Of a stretch of DNA of 64,000 bases, positions 26,652-39,179 are shown in pieces. The stretch lies in assembly GCF_006345805.1 (NCBI RefSeq), contig NC_043001.1, forward strand, positions 33,852,001 to 33,916,000, written 5' to 3'. The position numbers and the translations under genes are program-made. How positions within the stretch are numbered: position 1 is the stretch's first letter; every line of letters begins with the position of its first letter. The notes beneath the pieces are model-generated. The model was not told the origin of the DNA. It saw only the letters and a program-made list of their open reading frames with translations, and did not search any database. The DNA is from Octopus sinensis (taxonomy: Eukaryota).

Positions 26652-26790
26652 TGAAGGCAGTGAGCTGGCAGAATCGTTAGCACACTGGGCGAAATGCTTA
26701 GTGGTATTTCGCCCGTCGCTACGTTCTGAGTTCAAATTCTGCTGAGATCAACTTTGCCTTTCATTCTTTCGAGGTTGATAAAATAAGTAT
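26652..26790 (+). mobile_element. SINE-D (tRNA-derived) 5' part
   Basis: gagctggcagaatcgttagc...ttctgagttcaaattc...ttgcctttcattctttcgaggttgataaaataagta; further copies near 27322-27510, 61540-61720 and 61760-61960. Confidence 0.8.
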
Positions 26791-27594
26791 ATAAACATTC
26801 ACAGACATACACACATACACACACACACACACAAGCTTATTTTAATTTTGAATGGCACACAAGTTTTGCTTCTATAATTAATTGTCTATACTTGTAAAGA
26901 GTTCTATATATGAAAGATGTATTGTTTACTAATGTTTTTTTCTATACATAAAGTACAGTTAAACTCAGACTACATAACCAATTTCAAGAGAACCTAAGAT
27001 AAAAACATTGTAAACATAGATGATAAATTTCAAAATGTACCACTAGACAGATGTAATGAACATTGTTATATCTGCACAAAAATAATATATATTTAAACAA
27101 CATTCAAACAAGCCTTGTATAACCCCAAAAAATAACAACATTATAATATGTAAAAGGTAATGAGATGTTTGTAATTATAGATAAAGATAAATATAGATAA
27201 ATTATAGATAAATATTTTGTATTGCAAAATTAACAGCTAGTGAATGACAAAAACAAAACTATTAGGATTCAGAAAGACAAGATCACTAATGTAAAATGAA
27301 ACTTAAATTAATTACAGTAAGACAGCAAGCTGGTAAAACCATTAGAGCATCAGAAAAACTGCTTTGCAATATTTGTTTTGAGTTCAAATCCCACTGAAGT
27401 CAACTTTGCCTTTCAGCCTTCTAGGGTCGATAAAATAAAGTATCAGTCAAGTACTAAGATCAATTGTACTGATTTATACTCTCCCTTCATAATTGAGGCC
27501 TTGTATCTAAATTAGAAACCATTAATTACAGCAATAAACAAAACAAGATCTCCTAAAATCATTATAAACTCTCTATATGTTCATAATCTCTAAT

Positions 27595-28000
27595 TATGTC
27601 TCATTGATGAAGAGCAAAAAAAAGCGACTATACTATACCATACTCAAATATTTCAGACTGCATCCCCCAAACAATGAATCAACCAATTGATAAGCTTTCA
27701 TTTCTTGTATTATCACTATAATGATTCCAGCTAAAATGGACCTGCCGATCCCACTGTGTCTCACCTTCAAACCATTCACTAGATATTCCACCTAAATCTT
27801 TATTCCTAGAACTACAAATTCTGAAACTCCCATTTTCTTGCATCTCTAGAGACACCAAACTGCAGAAATTCAAGCTAAATGTCAATCCCATTGACGAGAT
27901 CATTTTGGAGGGAGCAAGTATATCCGTATGTATGCCTATGAGGTCAGAACAAACAGCCATTATAAAGAGAGAAAAATATGAGTGCAAGACGAAATGAGAA
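27595..28000 (+). mobile_element. CR1/Jockey-group LINE RT-proximal relic
   Basis: Frameshifted IDEEQKKATIL / LDIPPKSLFLELQILK / MSIPLTRSF..QVYP / IIKREK resembles KAEILN...LK...LSxPL..F...P..W...PIxKK. Confidence 0.5.
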
Positions 28001-28150
28001 AGGAACGAACATGTGGTATACAGACAGCTAGAATGTATAGGTTGATGTGGAGGGAGGGGGGAAGAAGAGAGAGAGAGAGAGAGAGAGAAGTGGGATGACT
28101 CACCTAAAGAGTAAGAAAGTGACAACCATCATATCATTGAAACTTTAACT

Positions 28151-29144
28151 CAGGTGTCAGGGAACTTTTTTAACCAATTACCCACAAATATATTTATTTA
28201 TGCAGACATTACCCCCTTGATTTGAAAAGATGGAAATCATAGATCCTTTAATTTCAAAAGGTTTATTGAATCTATTTATATGGAGAATACAATTATAAAT
28301 ATAACAAGTATAAAACAAATGCGATAAGATAATTTAATATCATTATTATGAAATGAAAGGATTTTTCTAGAAACTTTTTTATTTCAGGTTTTGGAGAAAT
28401 GATGCTGTCTCAGTTTTATTACAATTACATTAAAATTGGAGCATTTTGATGCCAGATCAATTTGGATACAGTCTTCCGGATCCAATCAATTTCTCTGTTT
28501 TGTTTTAATGTTCATTAGAGTGGAAAATCTTGTTCACAAAGGTAGGTTGTTGCAAAAGGCAGCAACATTTTGACTATCTCCTCATGCCAGAAGAAAAAAT
28601 TCCATCGTAACAAGGAACATGTTTTTTTTATATAATTTTATATACATAATTTTACTTATAGGTGCAGGGGTGGCTGTGTGGTAAGTAGCTTGCTTACCAA
28701 CCACATGGTTCTGGATTCAGTCCCACTGCGTGACACCTTGTGCAAGTGTCTTCTACTGTAGCCTCGGGCCAACCAAAGCCTTGTGAGTGGATTTGGTAGA
28801 CGGAAACTGAAAGAAGCCCGTCGTATATATGTATATATATATATGTGTGTGTGTATATGTTTGTGTGTCTGTGTTTGTCCCCCCAGCATCGCTTGACAAC
28901 CGATGCTGGTGTGTTTACATCCCCGTAACTTAGCGATTCGGCAAAAGAGACTGATAGAATAAGTACTAGGCTCACAAAGAATAAGTCCTGGGGGTCAATT
29001 TGTTCGACTAAAGGCAGTGCTCCAGCATGGCTGCAGTCAAATGACTGAAACAAGTAAAAAAAAATGTCTGAGGAATTCTCATTACCCACAAGAACTTCAT
29101 TTTTACCCCACTTGGGGAAATTTACCTTTGTTCGCCGAGCCCTG
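28151..29144 (-). mobile_element. Internally deleted hAT (Charlie-type) transposon with a nested SINE-A
   Basis: TIRs caggtgtcagggaac / gttcgccgagccctg; perfect 8-bp TSD ctttaact at 28143-28150 and 29145-29152; minus strand reads RFSTLMNIKTKQRN*LDPEDCIQI (transposase C-terminus). Confidence 0.9.
28657..29062 (+). mobile_element. Full-length SINE-A nested in the hAT element
   Basis: ggtgcaggggtggctgtgtggtaagtagc...gactgaaacaagtaaaa. Confidence 0.92.
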
Positions 29145-29604
29145 CTTTAACTGAACAACATGAGAAAAGGATACATGTCCTCAGTCTTCTAATTATGTAT
29201 CTGTAATATGATTCTTTTTTTTAATTAATAACTATGGAAAAGAAACAGAACTGTGTAGCCATTGTCAACAGAGGTGTGTATATAACTCAGCCTATAACTC
29301 AAACATTTTTGAAATTGACCAAGAATAGGATTCACAACAGATTTCGTATACTACTAGTTAACAATACATCAAATTTCAAAACATTAGCTGAAGATTATGC
29401 TCTCATTTACAACTAGAACTTTGACTATACTATACTAGAATGCATTCATAATATAAATAAAAGAAAAATTCATGCTTACTTTAAGTTGAGCATGAAACCA
29501 AAGTTTGTAGGAAAGAAATACATAATCTTATTGGTACTAATTTTTATTTACTTCAGATGAAAGAAAGCAAAATCAATGCAAACCTAATCTGCTATTAGAG
29601 TAAT

Positions 29605-29818
29605 GGCTTCAAATTTTGGTACAAGGCCAAGGATTTTGAAGGAGAGGATTTGTCAACCACATCAGCCCTGATGCTCAACAGGTACTTATTTTATTGACCA
29701 TGAAAGGATGTAAAGCAAAGTCAAACTTGGCAGCATCTGAACTCAGAATGTAAAGCTAGAAGAAATGTCACTAAACACTTTTTCCAGCGTGTTAACAATT
29801 CTGCCAGCTTGCCACCAT
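29605..29818 (-). mobile_element. SINE-D copy with TSD
   Basis: Flanked by atctgctattagagtaat (29587-29604) and atctggtattagagtaat (29819-29836). Confidence 0.8.
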
Positions 29819-29836
29819 ATCTGGTATTAGAGTAAT

Positions 29837-30272
29837 CTTTTCTACTATAGACACAAGGCCTGGAATTTTAGGGAAGGGGGCTAGTCAATTACATCGACCC
29901 CCAGTGTGTAACTGATACTTATTTCATGAACCCCGAAAAGGTGAAAGGCAACATCAACCTCGGTGGAATTTGAACTCAGAAATCCTCCATTAAAAATAGA
30001 ATGCACTGAACCTATGCTTATTCCATTTGATAAGCAATTTCCTGGATTGTTACACATCAGTCTTCCATGACAATTTGCCAAACCTCAATTGGCTCCTCGT
30101 TTTGGTTTGTGGATGGCCTGTCTGAGCATGCCTCGCTCTCCACTGAAGTGCAGCCATGTCTGAAGTGGTTCTGTCACTCATTGATCTGAGTTTTGCCCAT
30201 TGCATCCTCACCAGAGGCCTACAGAATCTTCTGTATGGTTTGAGCTTGAGTATCACCAAGCATTTGGTGATA
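29837..30272 (-). mobile_element. Chimera: mariner transposase N-terminal fragment (29986-30272) fused to the SINE-D 3' half (29837-29985)
   Basis: Translation QMLGDTQAQTIQKIL*ASGEDAMGKTQINE...SVESEACSDRPST...GISIGSVHSI; exact 16-bp TSD ctggtattagagtaat at 29821-29836 and 30273-30288. Confidence 0.8.
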
Positions 30273-31028
30273 CTGGTATTAGAGTAATGCTTGCCATTTT
30301 ATATTAATAAATTACGGATAATGAACTAAAACAAAAAAAAAAAATTTTAAGGTTGTAGTATGCAACCAATTTAAACTCATTTTTAAAGATATAAGTTCAA
30401 AGATGCTTTGCAATTAAGGGATCCCAGGTTCAATCCTATCATGCGGCATTTTGAGTATGGTACCTTTTACCTAAGCCTTCAGTCAACCTTCTTGTGAGTG
30501 AAATTAGATAGATGGAAACTGTGTGGAAGGCTGTCAAATGGTGTGTACTTGTAATTCAAAGAGCCAACATTGGCACAAACTGTTATACTACCTGAAAATT
30601 ACATGAAGGGTACACACCCACTTACACTGTAATTCCATCAAACAACTAAATATTCATTATCAAATTCATGGAGATCCATCGACTCATTTATTTTTGAAGG
30701 ATTATGTTTATTCTTAGTTTACGCTGAACAAAGTTTGTCCAACTTTAAAAAGTTTTTGTTAGTTTCTTAAATGCTTCAACAGTCTTCTAATGGTAGTGAA
30801 ACTATAATATAACCATTAAACATTTGCTACTCAGAAATGTTACTGCTTAATTTCTTTATCCAATTTCCATATTTATTATATGATAAATAGAGAAGATGCA
30901 AATAGAAGAAACAAAACTATATTCAGAAAATTTATTTTGGCTAATTAGGTTGAAGTCATAAGACCAAAGTTTATTTAACACACTATTATGTATTCACATA
31001 AAGATAAATGAAGGCAAAAATACAGATG

Positions 31029-31073
<45 letters not shown>

Positions 31074-31353
31074 GCACACAGATATTGACAAACATACAAT
31101 ATGCATTTCGTAAAATTTTTAAAGAAATACATATCAAATATATAACATTGCAAAGAACATAAGCCAAAAATACTCAACATTTTTATTAAAAATTTTTAAA
31201 AAATGTACTTGCAGAAAAGTCTTGATATTTTTAAATGTTTGCAGGCTTTACTATAAGCACATATCTTGCTTCATATACATTAGCAAAATAAATGTGAATA
31301 TGTATCTAAATGTACAATCATATACATATGTTGCCACAGACAAAGTAGATTAC

Positions 31354-31425
31354 CATCTTAAATCACAAATTTCCATGTCCTGATCATTCACTGTCGGATA
31401 TTCAAACAGTAAATTTCAGTGGCAT
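31354..31425 (-). CDS. Candidate first coding exon: 5'UTR plus ATG at 31376 (MEICDLR-W)
   Basis: Acceptor cttactacctatttacag, donor ATG|GTAATC, in-frame TGA upstream of the ATG. The phase-2 end TG joins G of exon 23541 to read MEICDLRWKRSSESLRT. Confidence 0.5.
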
Positions 31426-31544
31426 CTGTAAATAGGTAGTAAGCAATCGATCAAAACTATTCTGTCTTTTTGACAGTTTAATATTTATCTAAAAATGCAT
31501 TTCTAGAATATATTTAATCTTCCAATCAATTCACTAAATAGCCT

Positions 31545-31549
31545 ATATG

Positions 31550-31595
<46 letters not shown>

Positions 31596-31728
31596 ATATA
31601 TATACATACACATATACACATATATACATACACATATATATACTTATACATATATACATATATATATACATATCTATATACATATACATATATATTTATA
31701 CATATATACATAACTATATCTATCTATC

Positions 31729-31760
<32 letters not shown>

Positions 31761-31830
31761 TGTACATATTTAGAAAGATACATACATACATCCATACAAA
31801 CATATGTACACACACACATGGAAGGCAGAT
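31545..31830. repeat. Compound (CT)/(TA)/(TATACA) microsatellite
   Basis: Seen directly. Confidence 0.9.
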
Positions 31831-32609
31831 ATAAGAATCACAATTCCAGTTAGACTTTTAGAATATGATTATCTAACTTTACTACTCCTAGAAAATAATT
31901 CGGAATATAATTAAACTGAGACAACTGAAAGCACTTTTTCCTGGTATGTTAAAGATTCTAACAAGAACTCTCATCAACAAAGCTCAAAAGTTGCTTATTG
32001 CAAGTAGACAATTAAAATCTTATCTTTGTTAAGCCTGAATATATGAAATCTGTCTTTCACTTAGCAAGTCTAGCAGCAACTTCTATGACAACGATTCTTC
32101 TAACATTACAATCTTAGTTTCCTTTATACATTCAAATACATGTTCTATTTGCTAGTTAGCTCCTGAATGCAAAAAAATCATTAGAAATTACCATATATAT
32201 TTTAAACAAACATTTGTAGGCAAAGGTATGGTTGTGTGCTTAAGGAGTTTGCTTTACAACCATGTAGCTCTGGGTTCAATCCCACAGTGTGGAACTTTGG
32301 GCAAGTGTCTTCTACTGTAGCCCTGTGTCAACCAATGCCTTATGACTGAATCTGGTAGAAGGAAACTATGTGGAAGCCCATCATGCACACACATACGTAA
32401 TAAGTGTGTGTAGGTCTTTGTCTGTCTGTCCCTGCCACTTACACTGTTTGGCAACTGATATTGGTTTGTTTGTGGCTTCATAATTTGGAGTTTCAGCAAA
32501 AGAGATCAACAGAATAAGTACCAGACTTAAAAAATAAGTACTGGAGTTGGCTTACATTATTTACATTATTTACATTTGACTGATATTTGTCCTCATCTTG
32601 TTTGTTGTC

Positions 32610-32656
32610 AACACAATGTTTCGGCTGATACACCCTCCAACCTTCTTCAGGTGTCT
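32610..32656 (-). ncRNA. Minimal type I hammerhead ribozyme-like motif (inverted copy)
   Basis: GACAC-CUGAAGA-A-GGUUG(gagggtgtat)CAGCC-GAAAC-AUU-GUGUU; stem I GACAC/GUGUU and stem II both pair. Confidence 0.7.
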
Positions 32657-32775
32657 TGGGGAAATTTTGAACCTGATTTCTCATTCCTAAGGTATTTTTG
32701 GCATAATGGTTAAAAGCGTGGGCTACTAACCCCAAGGTTCCGAGTTCGATTCCAAGCATTGACCTGAACAACAAC

Positions 32776-32818
<43 letters not shown>

Positions 32819-32864
32819 TTGAAGAATACCTTAGGAATGAGAACCCAGGTTCGAAATTTCCCCA

Positions 32865-32910
32865 AGACACCTGAAGAAGGCTGGAAGGTATATCAGCCGA
32901 AACATGTGAA
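32865..32910 (+). ncRNA. Minimal type I hammerhead ribozyme-like motif, probably decayed
   Basis: GACAC-CUGAAGA-A-GGCUG(gaaggtatat)CAGCC-GAAAC; stem II is perfect, but the cleavage and stem I 3' region is altered (AUGUGAAC). Confidence 0.65.
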
Positions 32911-33530
32911 CAACACACAAGATGAGGACAAATATTCGTCAAATGTAAATAATGTAAATAATGAACATAATTCCTCATCTCTTAAATATAGGACTGGAGT
33001 TGGTTTGTTCAAAAAGTAAGAGATAAAGAAACCTCACATCTAAGCATGATAATTCATTTCTAAAAAACAGAAAATGCATTTTTTTCTTTCACCTACAAAG
33101 TACAATAGGATCATCCCTTTTTTAGTGATCTATGGGGAATAAAAGCATCAGCAGAATTGTTAAAACAATGGATATAATACTTTCCAGAATTTGTTCTGGC
33201 TTTCAAATCTCATTCGGATCAAGTTGGCCTTTATCTTTCTGGGATCAATAAAATGAAGCACCTTCCCAGTGGAGTGGATTAGCGAAATTATTAGGAGTAC
33301 TGGACAAAATGTCTTGGGGTAGGCATTCAGGCTTTTCTATTTTCTGAATACCCAGGCAAAGGTTAATGGAACTTGTCTGTGTCTCATTGACAAGAAGGTA
33401 TCTTGAAAACTAACTAAATGTAAGCAATAGGAAATTCATCTTTGTATTCTCTCACAGAATTCCATGTCTGTGTGTGCTTGTGTGTGTGTGTGTGTATACA
33501 TACATGCACATATATATATACATATATATA

Positions 33531-34419
33531 AAGGGTGAGGTGAATAAACTGTTGTCTAAATTACACAAAAATGAAAATAACACTGACATCTCATTTTAAC
33601 AAATATATTTACCAAAACTACTTTAAAATATCTTGAAATATTAAAGAGTAAATTTATTCAATAAAATCGCCATTGGCTTCAACTACGGCCTCCAGACAAC
33701 TTTAGAATCTCCTGCAGCTCTTCTGGACATTCTCCTCGTTTAAGTTGGTAAATGCTGCCATAATCTTTGCCTTCAGTTCATCTTTGGTGTTACAAGGGGC
33801 TTTGTTGGTCTCTCACTCAACTGTGCCCCACAAATAATAATCAAGAGGGTTGCAGTCTGGGGAGTTAGGTGGCCAGATGTTAGGAGTGATGTAGTTACAG
33901 AAATTGTCTGACAGCCATGACTGGGTTCTCCTACTTGTGTGGCATGGTACAGAGTCCTGTTACCAGACATAGGGTATTCCAGCAGCCACCCTCTTGACCC
34001 AGGACAGCACTACCTCCTCCAGGCACTTGATGTAGGCCTCCGTGTTGAGTCTGAGGCTGTGTGGGAAGATAACTAGAGGCATAATGTTGCCATCATTAGT
34101 GATCACTCTAAACACCATGATGTTGACTGGATGTCTGATTTTTATCACTCTTGGTACATATCCTCAGGTTGCACTGTCTTCAGATTGACATCCAAACACT
34201 CAGAAATGTTTGTATTGGAGCTTCCAGTGAAAATACCAAGCAGTACAGCATGTAATTTCCAAATTTCTGGCAGAGGAAATTGCATCATGGTGCTGTTTTT
34301 CTCACAGACAGTGCCCAACTGACCCAACTATATTGAATAGTCGACAAAATCAAAAACAAACAATGTGCATGCACAAAATAAAAAATATGAAATGGCTACA
34401 ATTTACTCATCGCACTCTG
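33531..34419 (-). mobile_element. Internally deleted DD37D (maT-type) Tc1/mariner transposon
   Basis: W*QDSVPCH...WPPNSPDCNPLDY with 37 residues between the second and third catalytic D; CAGxGTG-type TIRs with TA flanks; HTH-like start truncated at about 34150. Confidence 0.9.
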
Positions 34420-34788
34420 TATATATGCATATACATACACTCACGCACACATATAAGGAGGAGAATAAAGAAAGAATGAAAATACTAGACACTTAGACAT
34501 CAAAACCATCTGCTTAATAACGTGTGTATAGCACTGATAAAAGGAAAATAATAACAAACATTAGAGCTTTAACCAAGAGTGACCGAGAAACTATTATACA
34601 GAGTTTTTAGTATGCTTATGGAGACCTTGAGACTATGTATGCTAGCGTTATTAAAAGTGAAATAAATAATAGCAGGTTTGCATTTGTGTGCAGAACATCA
34701 CCTGTCTGCTAGTACGTACACACACTCACACTCACTTTCTCTCCCTCCTTTTCTCACCTTTTCTTTCTCTTTCCTTTTTTCTCCCCCA

Positions 34789-34821
<33 letters not shown>

Positions 34822-35019
34822 TAATTTTCATTTGAATAGAGAAGTAAAGAAAGAGTTTTTTTTCTGAAAAAGATTAAACTTCTTGGTTTGTACAACTTTT
34901 AAATAACAAGTTTTAGCAGGAAAGAAAACAAAACTTTACTGCTATGTGGGAAAGGGTAAGGTTTGAAATGAAGAAAAGAAGTGTGAATTTCACATGATGT
35001 ACACAATGTAAACTATAGA

Positions 35020-35665
35020 TGCACGAGAGGTGTAGCGGAATCCCAGGCAAGCTGACAAGAAAGCAAGATTGCATATGTAGTAGATGCACAATTGCAGTTA
35101 GCAGTAAGGGTGTCTGTGAAATAAATTCATTTAAAGTACTAATCCTAACTTCTGTTACCAAAATTAAATAATCAGATATGGAGATGGGTATTCTAAAGAC
35201 TTTATAGCCAGAGTAAAAACTGGATGGAAAATATTCCGGGAGTTATTAAATGGTGACAAAGGATGAGTAGTAGATTGTATGATACTTGAGTATGAAATGT
35301 AATGCTGCATGGTAGCAAAACATGACCACTGACTGTGGAAACTGCATGGAGGCTGCAAAAAATAAAACAGGTAAATACACTCTGCTGGGCATGTAATGTT
35401 AGTATATATGACTAATGGAGCACAAACAAACTGAGAGAAAAACTGGGTGTAAAACAAATCAGTTGTAGTTTTCAAGAGAGGAGACTGTGAAGGTATGGGA
35501 ATGTGATGCATGTGGAAGATAACAGCTAGGTAAAGAAATGCCAAGCAACAAGTGGTAGGAATCTATGGAAGAAGCAGACATGAGAGGAAGTGGTCAGTGT
35601 TGACTTCAGAAGAATAAATCTCAAGATGGTAAACGAAAGACTGTAACAAGTGGTAAGGGACTTCT
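35020..35665 (+). mobile_element. RTE-clade LINE ORF2 C-terminal relic
   Basis: ARVKTGWKIFRELL / VMLHGSKT / NKLREKLGV...QERRL*RYGNVMHVEDNS*VKKC. Confidence 0.8.
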
Positions 35666-36089
35666 CCGGAGAAAACAAGTCCATCACATGCAAGGAAGGA
35701 ACATTTAGCATAAAATAAGTAAATAAGTAGATAGATAAATGATGAATAAATATTTATGCAGAGAACCATAGCAACTGGAGTCATTGTGCATTCATACACT
35801 GCTTGTTTACGTCCTCATCATTTAACACCCACATGCCATGTTGATATGGACAGGATGGTTTGACATGATTGAAAAAGCTGGAAGATTGTATCAAGTTACA
35901 ATGTCTGCTTCGGCAGATGCCTTTCCTAATGATAAACTATTCAATTAATTGTTAAGTATTAGTAGATGTTATAAATCAGTACATAGGTACTCTGGTGTAT
36001 GGATTTTATTCACAGTTTCTTCTTTTCATTTGTCTTACAAATTACATGGCAACTTCACTCATTTGGGTATCATGAAAAAAAAACACCTA

Positions 36090-36240
36090 ATATATTCTGT
36101 AAAGTGGTTGGCAATAGAAAGGGCTTCTACTAAAGCAGACATTAGAGCTCAACACAATCCTCCAGCTTTTTGGACCCTGTCAAGCCATCCAACCCATACC
36201 AGCATGAAAAGGAGATGCAAAATGATGAGATGATGACGAG
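36090..36240 (+). mobile_element. RTE-tail fragment
   Basis: ctgtaaagtggttggcaatag...gtcaagccatccaacccataccagcatg...gatgatgac. Confidence 0.65.
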
Positions 36241-36427
36241 GATATAAACAAACAATGTATGAATGTCAAATAGCTCTAGTTTCTATGGTTCTGTGCATAG
36301 ATTTCTCTATCTGTCTATGTATCTATCTCTATTTTATGACCCATTTTCCCTCCTTACATGGGTTGGACTTGTTTTCTCTAGAGGAAACCCATGCTACTTT
36401 TTCAATCTTTATATATATATATATCTC

Positions 36428-36835
36428 TTTTATCTTTTACTTGTTTCGGTCATTAGACTGTGGCCATGCTGGAGCACCACCTTGAAGGATTTTTGTCAAA
36501 CAAATCAACCTCAGTACTTTTTGTCTTTAAAGCTGGTACTTATTCTGTTGGTCTTTTTTGCCAAACTGCTAAGTTACGGGGACATATACACACAAGCACT
36601 GGTTGCCAAGTGGTGATGGAGGACAAACACAGACACAAAGATACACACAGATATATATATATACACACACGCATACAATGGGATTCTTTCAGTTTCCATC
36701 TACCAAATCAACTCAGAAGGCTTTGGCCAGCCCGAGGCTATGGTAGGAGACGCATGCCTAAGGTGCCAAGCAGTGGGACTGAACCTAGAACCATGTGGTT
36801 AGGAACCAAACTTCTTACCACACAGCCATGCCTAT
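36428..36835 (-). mobile_element. Full-length older SINE-A
   Basis: Same architecture as 16155-16556, with more substitutions. Confidence 0.85.
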
Positions 36836-39179
36836 GTGTGTGTGTGTGTAAAAGGTTGATAACAAAAAGTTACTGTTGAATTCTATTAATACTAAAATCC
36901 TTACAGAAAGCCATAAAGAGGAACACTGTCTTTAGTAGGAAAGACAAAGACATCTTATTTAATAATAATGTACAATTACTTTTAATTACTTATTGTAATA
37001 ACCATTACTAAATCATAATCACAAAAAAAACTGGAAAATATTTGGGCATACAAAAGTTTATGTTGTATATATATATATATATACAAAAGCATAGAGACAT
37101 TCACAATGTAAAGGTTGCAGTTATACAGATATAACAAAAGATTAAAAAAATTTCATCACTTAATAGAAAAGGAATAGTCTTCATTAGTGATGCATCTCAG
37201 AGCAAATTCAGCTGTAAAAATGAGCTTATAATACACTGAATTACAGAAGATGCATGGCAAGGGTGAATAACAACAGGAAGAGCAACCAGCTGTAAAAACA
37301 ATGCATCAATAATATATTCATCTAACCCACGGAAAAACAGACATAAAAACAAATGAATGAGTTACAGACTTCTTGAATGGCAAAGAAGCAGAAAGCTGCC
37401 TGCAGGACTCAGATCCTACAACTTCTGAAACCTAACATACTATAAGTTATTATTTATAGCTGAGTTTGCTTTGAGATATATTGTTAATAAAGACATGGTT
37501 ACATATTTCTCAATGCTAATGTAAAACGTTGTACATAAAATTTGAAAACAAACTGATGCAGAAATAAAACCATCATAGCTATTTTATTTCAAGAACTATA
37601 TTCTAATTTAAATGACTTTTCTTTTTATTATAAATGTTTTATTGGTTACCAGCAATGAACTGAGCATATGTGTGTGTTAAGTATTGTGTCAAGAAAGTAT
37701 ATGGCTAAAGAATACTGCCTCAAAACATTTTGTCCAGTTCATACCAACATGAAATATGCAGGCATAAAAATGATAGTGATGACATACACACATACATACA
37801 AATACACAAATTTGAATATACATATGTAGGTTACAACATATACATATGTAGGTGAGGGAAAATACTGATATAGTATTATCATTTATTTTAGCTAAATCTG
37901 TTGATAGCCTCTCTAGAGTTTCCCAAGATGACCAGTATATCAAACAGCTGCTCAATAAACAAATCAAATGAGGAAACTCTTAACTAACAAACAGCTGACT
38001 GGTTCAGTTGAAATAACTTGTATAATATTCACAGATTCATGTATTTATTGATATGAATAAACCATCAAGTCAACTAATAGGGAAAATTAACTTATAATCT
38101 TGATATTAAGTTATAGTTTGATTATTTAAATATTTTAATAAATTTTAATTTCTCTTACATTTATCTCTTATGCATTAGAATTATCTAACAGTCAATATAT
38201 TTTCCAAATGTAAGTAAAAACAAAACAAAAATGAAAAACATGCAAATTTCAAAAGAGATACATCTAAATCAAAATAAAACTTTATCTTGTAAGAAAGTTT
38301 TAAATTTATAAATGCTAGATATAAGTATATTTTTCAAATGTTGAATAGATTTATCGATTTACAAGAAAAACACAAAATTAAAAAGAAACAGAATACAAGC
38401 TTTAATTTTAATATTATTCATACATGTCGTTCAACTACTAATGTTTCTTTTCAAATGAAAGTTTCGAATGGCCAAGAACTAAATTTTTTTTAAATATAGC
38501 ATATATTTTTGATTGCTATTAATGATAGTGCATCAAATGCTCAACTTTTTAAAGCTATTTTTATCAAATTCAAGTATTTTATGGATATAGAGATGTACAA
38601 ATGCAGATTTTGTTCTTGTCAAAGAAGTATATTGTTTTTCATTAAAATATTTTAAGGATGTTGAAAAGGAGAAAAATCAGAGCATGAATGTTTTTTTTAT
38701 TTTTTCAGCAAACTTCTTGATTTTGGCAGAAAATATTCAAGTGGCATTGTGATTTCCATTGCCATGGGGAAACATAACTTCCCAGTTGAACAATGAGAGT
38801 GTAGCATTTCATTGGTCTTTTTATTAATGGTAACTATTTTCTCATATAATGTAGCATATATTTTCCAACCTTTTCTTACCAACTTTAAGTAAAATCTTCT
38901 TAGGGTTGAGGTTTAATTTTAGATAGTATATGCTGTGTAGAGACCAGCATGTCAAAAAATAGACCTAATGTTTCCTCTGCACTCTGACCTCATAAAACCC
39001 TCACCAACAACGACTACCCAAACAGACTCATGGGTTGGAGGGTTGTCACCTGAGTGGTGCAGAGGAATCATCTACCAGGAGTAGTAGGAAATCACCAACA
39101 AATGGTGGATGCAGCGACAAGCTGTGTTACAGAGTATGCCCTCATACTACTACAACTATTTATATAACTACAATATCCT

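Larger units (their letters stand above)
32551..32992 (+). mobile_element. Composite cassette: inverted Penelope-type terminus, tRNA-like Pol III head, (AAT)n, direct Penelope-type terminus
   Basis: 32552-32696 is the reverse complement of about 32825-32965; A box TGGCATAATGG at 32699; B box GAGTTCGATTCC at 32742; 11-bp TSD actggagttgg at 32540-32550 and 32993-33003. Confidence 0.8.
32216..33022 (+). mobile_element. Old SINE-A-like element whose tail is split by the 32551-32992 cassette
   Basis: Head and core at 32216-32390; tail aataagtactggagttgg resumes as tttgttcaaaaagtaagag after 33003. Confidence 0.7.

Noticed and set aside
27765-27935. 171-nt open segment with AG/GT ends inside track ORF 27679..28125 (-)
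   Set aside because: Phase 1-1 is incompatible with its neighbours, and the plus strand translates as a CR1-group LINE relic.
32699-32765. tRNA gene (Ser-like anticodon loop)
   Set aside because: No acceptor-stem pairing or T-run terminator, and it is embedded in a TSD-flanked repeat; a SINE-type head.
38709-38829. Plus-strand exon-like segment after a long T tract
   Set aside because: Stops in all frames and no supporting plus-strand gene.
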